Source: Desulfatiglandales bacterium
Lineage (GTDB): Bacteria; Desulfobacterota; DSM-4660; Desulfatiglandales; Desulfatiglandaceae
DNA length: 64,000 bases
Direction: 5' to 3'
Assembly (NCBI GenBank): GCA_963666345.1
Contig: OY762721.1
Coordinates: 1,376,001-1,440,000 of the forward strand
The notes under the pieces were generated by a model that was given only the letters and a program-made list of their open reading frames with translations, was not told the origin of the DNA and made no database searches. Made by a program: the position numbers and the translations under genes. The stretch's first letter is position 1, and each line of letters begins with the position of its first letter. Below are positions 31,162 through 38,800 of this stretch, piece after piece.

Positions 31162-31542
31162 TTACATCTCTTTTTCCCGTTTTTTATTTCGCCCGCAACA
31201 GGGGCAGTTGGCGCAGTCTCCTTTGCACCCGCCCTGTTTGTCTGCACAGGCTATTATCACCCTGCTTCCGTCGGGAGCGATCTCAAAACCCTTTTTCCCT
31301 TTAAACACAAGGCTGTCCGCCGGCACCTTTTTTCTGTCAAGCACACTGCGGAAAGTACTGCATCCGAATTCACACAGATCGCACAGGCTGTGGGTGTCTA
31401 TAAAAACCAAGCCGCTTCCGTCATATCCGCTGTGAATTCTTTCCGCCAGCTGGCAGGCTGAATTTCCGTCAAAATACCCCTTGAGCCGCACATGCAGGTT
31501 TCCATTGCTTTTTCTTAGCTCAATCTGAAATTCCGTACTCAT
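31162..31542 (-). CDS. STAS-like domain protein with Cys-rich tail
   Basis: LHVRLKGYFDGNSA STAS-like start; C-terminal CKGDCANCPCC. Confidence 0.65.
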   Translation of the reverse strand: MSTEFQIELRKSNGNLHVRLKGYFDGNSACQLAERIHSGYDGSGLVFIDTHSLCDLCEFGCSTFRSVLDRKKVPADSLVFKGKKGFEIAPDGSRVIIACADKQGGCKGDCANCPCCGRNKKREKEM

Positions 31543-31634
31543 TTTCTTCCTTTCTACAATTTTTTTGTTAGACTTATTGTTTCCGTGTGAGACCTGTCTT
31601 CTAAATCATCCCGGCTGATCACCGCCTACAGGCC

Positions 31635-32885
31635 TTAATTGATGGGACCCTGAGTGTCACCCGCTTTCCGTATCACCTGGGTTATGGCGCTCAGGCTTGA
31701 GTTGGCGAGCATGTGAACCGGTTTGTTGTGCTTTTTGGCCAGGTTTTTCACAGTTGAACAGGCCGCGTGACTGTTACAGCTTACAGGGCAGAGAACCAGG
31801 TCCGCCCTCAGAAAACGGTTTTCAAGCCCCCTTGCCCCCCCTTTCATATAGCCGTCATGGTACTCGAATATACCGCCGATGCCTTCGATAAGCCTACGGT
31901 ACAAAGATTCCATGCGTGTAATGCCCCCAACTATCAGGACACGCTTTTTGCACAGATCAAAGGAAGGGCAGTTTTTGTCGCAACGGTTCAGGCAGGAGAG
32001 CTCAGCCATTATCTCCCCTGCCTCCAGTTTGAAAGCCGCATTAATCTCCCTTTCCCTTTCCAGTTCCTTTGACAGGCGTCTATTCTTTTCTCCGAGAGAA
32101 TCGATTCTGCTCCGGCTGGATATTGATAACTTTTTCATACCCTCCATTCTCCTTTTCAGCCTCTGGTTCTCCCTTTCAAGGTCCTCCGCCTTTCGCACGG
32201 CTTCAGAGCCTGCGACCAGTTCTTTTAATCTGCCATTTTCTTCCCTTATGCCAGCCAGGTTGGATTCAAGATCCCTCATCAGGCGTGCAGACTTCTCAGC
32301 CTCTCTTCTAAACACCCGTCCGGCCCTGCTTGATGTCTTCAGATCACCGCGCAGGGATGCTATTTCCTCGTTCTTCTCGCTGATGTTCCTCTTCAACCTC
32401 ATGTACTGTTCGACTCCCCTGTGCATGGCCATGTGGATCATGCCGAAGATCTCGCTTCTATCCGTTTCAGGCATTACCCTCCTTGAAGCGGCGCTCCAGA
32501 TAAGACCAGGGCTTCCCCCCGCCTCAAAAGCGGACCTCCAGTGCTCCATAAACTCCTTTATGCCAAGCTCAAACAGGGGCGCGAACTCATCTCCGTATTT
32601 TCGGTTGAACAGATTGTCCATACGTCTTGAAAGGGCATTTTCCTTTTCCGAACTACCCACGAGGACCTCATGTATCTCAAAAGCGTTCTTTCTTTTTGTA
32701 GAAACTCCCGATTTTTTAAGGAGCCTTTTCTGCTCGTCAAAGGTGAGACACATGCCGATCACGGGGCATTTCAGAAAATACGCAACCTCCCATATCCTCA
32801 GAGGGGTACACCGATAGGCTTGTCCGGGATCAAGCAGGATTCTTGCCTTTGGGACCGCAATATCAAAGTTTGTCGTTTTCTGCAT
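31635..32885 (-). CDS. DUF2325 domain protein with long coiled coil
   Basis: C-terminal VLIVGG...YHDG...ADLVLCPVSCNSHAAC..VK..AKK..KP; N-terminal CPVIGMCL; start taken at MQKTT after GAGGAG. Confidence 0.82.
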   Translation of the reverse strand: MQKTTNFDIAVPKARILLDPGQAYRCTPLRIWEVAYFLKCPVIGMCLTFDEQKRLLKKSGVSTKRKNAFEIHEVLVGSSEKENALSRRMDNLFNRKYGDEFAPLFELGIKEFMEHWRSAFEAGGSPGLIWSAASRRVMPETDRSEIFGMIHMAMHRGVEQYMRLKRNISEKNEEIASLRGDLKTSSRAGRVFRREAEKSARLMRDLESNLAGIREENGRLKELVAGSEAVRKAEDLERENQRLKRRMEGMKKLSISSRSRIDSLGEKNRRLSKELEREREINAAFKLEAGEIMAELSCLNRCDKNCPSFDLCKKRVLIVGGITRMESLYRRLIEGIGGIFEYHDGYMKGGARGLENRFLRADLVLCPVSCNSHAACSTVKNLAKKHNKPVHMLANSSLSAITQVIRKAGDTQGPIN

Positions 32886-32938
32886 AGGTTCTTCTCCTCG
32901 TTTTTTCCGACGTTTAAAGTGGCCCGCCTCCGTCAAAT

Positions 32939-33023
32939 AAAAAAGGCGCAACCCGATCAGTGCCTGACCCTGAGTTCCGCCTTCACTTCTCACGCGCCGT
33001 TTAAAGGCCGCGAATCGTAAGAC
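32939..33023 (-). ncRNA. Candidate cis-regulatory leader (antiterminator/terminator), copy C, upstream of DUF2325
   Basis: Hairpin nearly identical to copy B, followed by a different terminator AAGGCGGAAC...GTTGCGCCTTTTTT. Confidence 0.72.
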
Positions 33024-33044
33024 ATTCCTAAAAACTTATTTTTC

Positions 33045-33455
33045 CTATTCCGAGTCTATCAGTACCTGAGTAAGGTTCTTGCGCAATTGTTCAAGCCTCT
33101 TGGACTTGAAGGCCTTCCTGCTTTCCTCAAGCACATCGATTGCCTCTTTTATGGCGTCCCTTAACCTGTTCTCCCTTCCCCTTGACGGGCAAAAAGAAAG
33201 GAGAGAATCAACGCTTTTTTTATCCAGATTCTTCTCAAGTATTGATGCCATCAGGCAGCGATGCGTCTCAAGGCCCTGGTACAGCTCGGAGACGCTCCTG
33301 TTGATCGCCTCTACGACCTGATTTCTTTCGCCTGTGGATTCATCCGGCCTTATATGACGCTGCAAAAAACCATGAGACCTGCCTCTTTCACACCTTCGCC
33401 TTCGGATGGTCACCCCCTGCACGGCTGATCCCTGGTTTATTTTCTTGTTTTCCAT
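33045..33455 (-). CDS. Hypothetical protein
   Basis: ORF ending AIDVLEESRKAFKSKRLEQLRKNL; first gene after a boxed promoter; start uncertain. Confidence 0.7.
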   Translation of the reverse strand: MENKKINQGSAVQGVTIRRRRCERGRSHGFLQRHIRPDESTGERNQVVEAINRSVSELYQGLETHRCLMASILEKNLDKKSVDSLLSFCPSRGRENRLRDAIKEAIDVLEESRKAFKSKRLEQLRKNLTQVLIDSE

Positions 33456-33513
33456 CTCAGACTCTTCCACTAAATTTCAGAAAAATCACTCAAATTCGAA
33501 TCGCACAACAATG

Positions 33514-33554
33514 TTAGATGGATCTAATCTTATCCATGACAACATTTCTGTCAA
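33514..33554 (-). promoter_or_regulatory. Promoter with TTAG-N6-CTAA box
   Basis: TTAGATGGATCTAA (33514-33527) at the same offset from TTGACA (33549-33554) as in the feoA promoter. Confidence 0.6.
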
Positions 33555-33587
33555 GCACTTTTTTTAAAAAACTTTTCTCCTTTCATA

Positions 33588-33632
33588 AAAAAGGCCCTCA
33601 TCCCCCGAATAGCAGAAGGTGAAGGCCTTTTC
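33588..33632 (-). terminator. Intrinsic terminator downstream of the amtB remnant
   Basis: AAAAGGCCTTCA...TGAGGGCCTTTTT on the minus strand. Confidence 0.7.
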
Positions 33633-33652
33633 CCTGTCGTCCTTAATGCTTA

Positions 33653-33826
33653 TTACTGCTGCGCGTAAGTGGATATCTCAAAGTCGGGATATGCGCTTCC
33701 GCCATGCTCACCCAGATCAAGCCCTTCGGCCTCTTCTTGAGCGCCTGCCCTGAGGCCTATCGTCTTATCGATCACCTTGAACAGGATAAAGGCGGTTGAA
33801 AAGGTCCATACAAAGCATCCAATGCC
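33653..33826 (-). pseudogene. amtB: 3' remnant of an ammonium transporter
   Basis: Manual translation (absent from the ORF track): GIGCFVWTFSTAFILFKVIDKTIGLRAGAQEEAEGLDLGEHGGSAYPDFEISTYAQQ*, the Amt C-terminal signature. Confidence 0.85.
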
Positions 33827-34208
33827 CGACAAGCTATATGATTCCCTTATGTGGTGGTGGAATAACAGAACTATTAAAGACAGCCCTTATGTTTTTCCTA
33901 ATGATTATCCTTGCGCTTCCTATGGAAGGCATTTTACTCAAAGGAGAAGATTTCTGAAGGGGTTATGTGAAAGGGCAGGGGTCAAATATTTTAGTTACCA
34001 CGGATTAAGAAGATTTTTTGGGTCAAGGCTGAAGGATATGGGCAAGTCGACCAAGCTTATTCAGGAGATGTTTGACCATGCCAGTTTAAGGACAACAGAG
34101 ATATACATTCAGAACATAGATAATGACTTGAAGGGGATTGCTGACGGCATCTTGGAAAACACGAGTACACATTTTAGTACACGTAAAATAAAAGGAGTTA
34201 GCCCTTAA
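33819..34208 (+). pseudogene. Tyrosine integrase C-terminal remnant
   Basis: YVFPN, YHGLRR, DHASLRTTEIY; N-terminal part replaced by antisense amtB sequence. Confidence 0.82.
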
Positions 34209-34215
34209 ATCAGCT

Positions 34216-34280
34216 AACCCCTTGAAATTACTTGGCGTCCCCAACCGGATTCGAACCGGTGTTGCCGGCGTGAAAGGCCG
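34216..34280 (-). repeat. att site: 3' 48 nt of tRNA-Glu plus 17 downstream nt, inverted copy of 2636-2700
   Basis: 65-bp perfect reverse-complement match; flanked by arm-type direct repeats AGTACAC x2 (34164-34182) and GTGTGGGGGAT x2 (34406-34428). Confidence 0.92.
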
Positions 34281-34448
34281 TATTTTTTATATTACCTTTA
34301 TTTACCTCCTGGTCTCTAGTTGTCCTTAATATATTGAAAATACATATAATAGTTGACAAAATTTTTTTCTTGGCTTACCATTTTGTACCTTGATTTTCAT
34401 GTTGGGTGTGGGGGATAGTGTGGGGGATGAAATTGGGGGGGCTTCCAT

Positions 34449-35612
34449 ATGCCTAAGCAAAAGCGGTATAAAACAAAATATCCGGGGGTTTATTATCTAG
34501 ACGGAACATCAATTAAAGGTAAACCTGAACGTGTCTACTATATCCGTTACCGTAAAAACGGTAAACTAGTTGAGGAACCCGCTGGACGACAATCAAAAGA
34601 TGATATGACCCCAGCAAAGGCCAATAACATAAGATCAGAAAGAATCAAAGGGCACAGGAAATCAAACCGTGAAAAACGAGAAGCACTACTGGCCGAAAAA
34701 ATTGCTAAAGACAAAAAATGGACAATTGACCGACTGTGGAACTCTTACAAAAGTATCCGGATCCCTGGCAAATCATTGAACACTGATAAAGGCCGATATG
34801 ATAAATACCTTAAAGAAAAATTTGGGAAAAGAGCTCCAGAGGAGCTGAATCCCCTAGACGTAGACCGTCTGAGAATAAGTCTATTAAAGAAATTGGCACC
34901 ACAGACCGTGAAGCACGTGTTGAATCTTTTGACTTGGATAATTAACTACGGAGTCAAAAATGGTCTTTGCAAAGGCATACCATTCCATATAAAAAAGCCC
35001 ACTGTGGATAACGTAAAAACTGAGTACCTGACAGAAAAACAGACAAAATCCCTTCTAGCGGCCATTGAGAAAGACTCCAATACTCAAGTGGCAAATTTGA
35101 TGAAATTAGCCCTTTTTACGGGCATGAGACGTGGCGAGCTACTAAATCTGCGGTGGAAAGACATTGATTTTGATCGAGGCTTTATCACACTCAAAGATAC
35201 AAAGGGTGGAAAAGATCAAACAATCCCCATGAATGATACTACAAGACATATTTTGGATTCTCATCCGAAGGGGGACGGGGTTTATGTTTTTCCAGGGAGA
35301 TCGGGCGGAAAACGCGCTACAGTTGATGTGGCTGTCAATAAGATAAAGAAAGCTGCGGGTCTTCCCAAGGACTTCAGGCCCCTTCATGGCCTCAGACATG
35401 CTTATGCCAGTATGCTGGCTTCTAGCGGCAAAGTGGATATGTACACCCTTCAAAGGCTCTTAACTCATAAGGATCCTCGTATGACCCAAAGGTATGCTTT
35501 CCTTCGCGATGAGGCTTTAAAGAGGGCCTCCGGCTTGGCCGGGGATATAATTAACAACATGATCAAGGAAAATGATAAGAAGGTCTCTGATTTGAAAAAA
35601 GTGAGTACTTGA
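34449..35612 (+). CDS. Tyrosine recombinase/integrase
   Basis: TGMRRGE, HGLRH, LTH...MTQRY catalytic residues; N-terminal arm-binding region; adjacent to the tRNA-Glu att. Confidence 0.95.
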   Translation: MPKQKRYKTKYPGVYYLDGTSIKGKPERVYYIRYRKNGKLVEEPAGRQSKDDMTPAKANNIRSERIKGHRKSNREKREALLAEKIAKDKKWTIDRLWNSYKSIRIPGKSLNTDKGRYDKYLKEKFGKRAPEELNPLDVDRLRISLLKKLAPQTVKHVLNLLTWIINYGVKNGLCKGIPFHIKKPTVDNVKTEYLTEKQTKSLLAAIEKDSNTQVANLMKLALFTGMRRGELLNLRWKDIDFDRGFITLKDTKGGKDQTIPMNDTTRHILDSHPKGDGVYVFPGRSGGKRATVDVAVNKIKKAAGLPKDFRPLHGLRHAYASMLASSGKVDMYTLQRLLTHKDPRMTQRYAFLRDEALKRASGLAGDIINNMIKENDKKVSDLKKVST

Positions 35613-35705
35613 AGCAGCCTTAAGCAAAATAGAAGTCACTCATTTAATGAAGTTTATCTTTAAGCCTTATCTCGTAGCATTTATGTGTGTTACACCCAAC
35701 TGTTC

Positions 35706-35734
35706 TTGATCCTCCGACACCCTGCTCCCAAAGC
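35706..35734 (-). repeat. tRNA-Pro(TGG)-like fragment (att scar, copy 2)
   Basis: Minus strand GCTTTGGGAGCAGGGTGTCGGAGGATCAA resembles the anticodon arm to T-arm of tRNA-Pro; 17-bp core shared with 6763-6779. Confidence 0.62.
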
Positions 35735-35803
35735 TAGTAAATATAAATATTTATGATCCCTATACCCGTGACTGGCGGTGTGATTTCTAAAAAATGTCTT
35801 TCA

Positions 35804-38800
35804 TTACATATTTGGTTTTCGATCTTCAAAAGATTTTATTTTAATTTGTGAGTAAGGTTGAAAATGCATTGATTTTATTAAAGCGATTCCACTTTCCTGA
35901 CACATAATTATATCTTTAACGCTTTTTTGTTCCTTTTTGTTCGTAGTAAATTGCTTTGCGATTACACCGGCGTCAGCCTCTTCCAATGCGAGAACAATTT
36001 GGGTTCCAGCATTGGCAAAAATCGAGGGATGAAAATCCCTGGTTTCCTGTGAAGAGAGAATGAGCCCCATTCCGTATTTTCTGGCTTCTTTTACCAGGTC
36101 CGTGATCTTGGGATCATTGCAGAGTTTATGAGCCTCATCGATACAGACCATGACCCGCAGGTCCTTGGACATACCCTGAATGAGCATAGAAGAATAGATT
36201 TTTTCGAGCAGGAACCTGGATGCCGCCAACATCAGATCCTTAATCCCTGCGGTAAGCAGAATAACGGTGGTTTTCGTGAAAATGTCCTCAAAGCTGTATT
36301 GCGCTCTTCCCTGTTCAAATATCCCGCTTTCAAAAAGAGGCTGAAGCCGCACCTGGAGGTTACGAATCTGCCCGCCGGTTTCTTTTGACCAGCGATCCAA
36401 GATTTCCGAGAGCATCTCCAAGGTAGGGGGATTGCGATCATCTGGGGCCGGTTGATTCATCTCAAAGCCGGCATGCACATAGCACTCCTTTATTGCTTCG
36501 CGCAGTTTGCCAAGTTGGATATCTCCTGATCCGGAAAAGACTGAATTTAGCGTATCGGCAAGTCGGAACATCATTTCAACAGGCCTGCGCTTTTTTCCTG
36601 TTCTGGGATCGACGGGTATTTCAAAAGGATTGATGGGGAGCCCATCCATGACATCAAAAATCTGTGGCTTTACGGATTCATGAAAGTCCTCGGAGGCGTA
36701 TTCGCCTTGGAAATCGAGGATTATGGAGGGCACTTCTTGCCGATTCAGTTCGAAAAGCATGCTCTTCGTAGTTTCTGATTTTCCCGCACCGCTTTTGCCT
36801 ACAATCAAAAGGTGTTGATTGAGGAGGCGCTTGGGCTTTGTGGTTTTTGGGTCCCAATAGGCTTCTTTTCTTGAGGTGGTATCCACCCCAAGATAGACTT
36901 TTATCTCATCGTGTTTTTCCGGAATTTGTTCCGCCTTCTGTCTTGATGAAGCTTTCGTGGGTGGTGTGTCCTCAACTGGTTGGATTACTTCGTCTGGTAG
37001 CGGTTCCGGGACAGGAGACACCTGTGGTTGCTCTTCGGGGGGCTGATCTGTTGTTCCCGTCACTTCTTCGCCTGGTGTCTCTTCCCCTTCTGGTGACTCG
37101 GGACGCGATACTTTCTCAGATTTTTCCACTGATTCAGGCACTGGGGCAGAGGGAGAGGGCTCTTCCGTTCCGCCATTCGGTTCATCCGGTTCATCAAACC
37201 CATTATCCTCATCTATTGGAACATCCAGAAGGCTGGAAATAGCCCCACGTCCAAAAATCTTGATAATGTTCCCGTGAACCTCTTTTTCATCGATTTGCCC
37301 CCAGCTCGCACCATTGAAGATGTATCCTTCATGCCGGAATTGCACTTCACACGAGCCTGCGGCCGCAGCTTCAAGACCTTTCATGAATCCTGTAATGAGG
37401 TCTGTTTGCTGTTCCTCGGTTAGGTCCATCATAAATAGGCCATATCGGTGTGCACGCTCAAAATAGAAGAGGAGTATATTGGCCCATTCCTTGTTTTTAA
37501 TGGTGGCATCAAAACGAGCATTTCCGCCTCCCAAGTAATGATGCCGGAAATGCTGTTCCGTGCTCTTGTTTTTGTCCCGGATTTCTTCCTGCAATTGGTA
37601 AATCTGGGCCGGGCTAGAAGCTTTTCGATTCTTAACCTCGATGAGATCAACCTCAATCCTTCGGTCATTAAGTTTTACGAGCATCAGGTCGGTACGCTTG
37701 AGGGAAAGTTCTGAATTTTCCAATTCTTTCGGGGTCTGGTAAAAAAGCTCAATATGGCTGTCCACTGGAATGAGGACACGACCAGAAAGCCTTCCTTCAC
37801 GCTCCAGAGACAGGCGTGTTAGAGCCAGGCCAATCACTTCCTGGGCTTGGCTGGGGTTGTTGATGAGTTTCAATGCCAGTTTGCCGGAAACGGATTTGAG
37901 CATCTGGAGGACATAAGCTACCTTGGCTGTATCTATTACTTCGCCCACTGAGTCAGGGTCGTCTACAAGCAGGTCAATGAAGCCGGCCCTTAGGATGCTC
38001 TCAATTTCATGCTGGTGGAATGTGGAAATGACAAGCCTGTGGGCAACGGCATCCAAAAACTCCGGGGAATAATCAATCAAGTAACCGCTGTTTCCTGCAC
38101 CCGGTCCCTTGATAGGATCATCATAAAATTCTATTCCGAAATTCCGGTCAATAGTGAAAACCCAGTCAGAAGCTTGATGCACCTTGTCTAGCATACGCAG
38201 GTGGTTTTTTCCGTGCTCGTCGGTGAGCTCCAATTGAACAGTGATATATTTGTTCAAGGAGTTGGACCAGTCAAAAAAGCAGGCCGAAAAATGCGCCGCA
38301 AAATCCTGCCCTTGAAAGAGGCGAGCCGTATTCCCATCCGAAGCCAGGTCAGCGCAAGAGTTTGGAGCTATCATGCGGGACCAAGTTGCGGTGGTAGCTC
38401 CAGCATTATAGTCCGTCACATATTCGGTCAGCAAGTTGTTGAGAAAGGAACTGCCTCTGCTTCCCGTATGCTCGCGAGTGGAAACGGTGGTGCCGAAAAA
38501 GTCTATGACAAAGGTCAGGTGCGATTCGAACCTTCCCTCCTGGTCATCCAAAAGCTCCTCAATGGCGTGTTTTGCGTAGATCAGTTTGGGAAACAGAGGG
38601 TTCTCATTGGGGCTGAGAAGCAGTTCCTCGGTTTCGGACAGTTTCCTGCCAAACGTCCAGTCCTCACTGCTTTTTTGCAGGATGAACTCATCTAGGGCAT
38701 TTCCAATGAGCTGGTGTCGGGTACCCCGGGGAGCGAAAAATTTGATATCGAAATTGAGATTCTTGTAGAGATCCTTTGCAAGAAGAAGCTTGACTGCTTC

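Noticed and set aside
33777..34208. Intact 143-aa recombinase as given in the ORF track
   Set aside because: Its first codons are antisense amtB sequence and the N-terminal catalytic Arg region is missing
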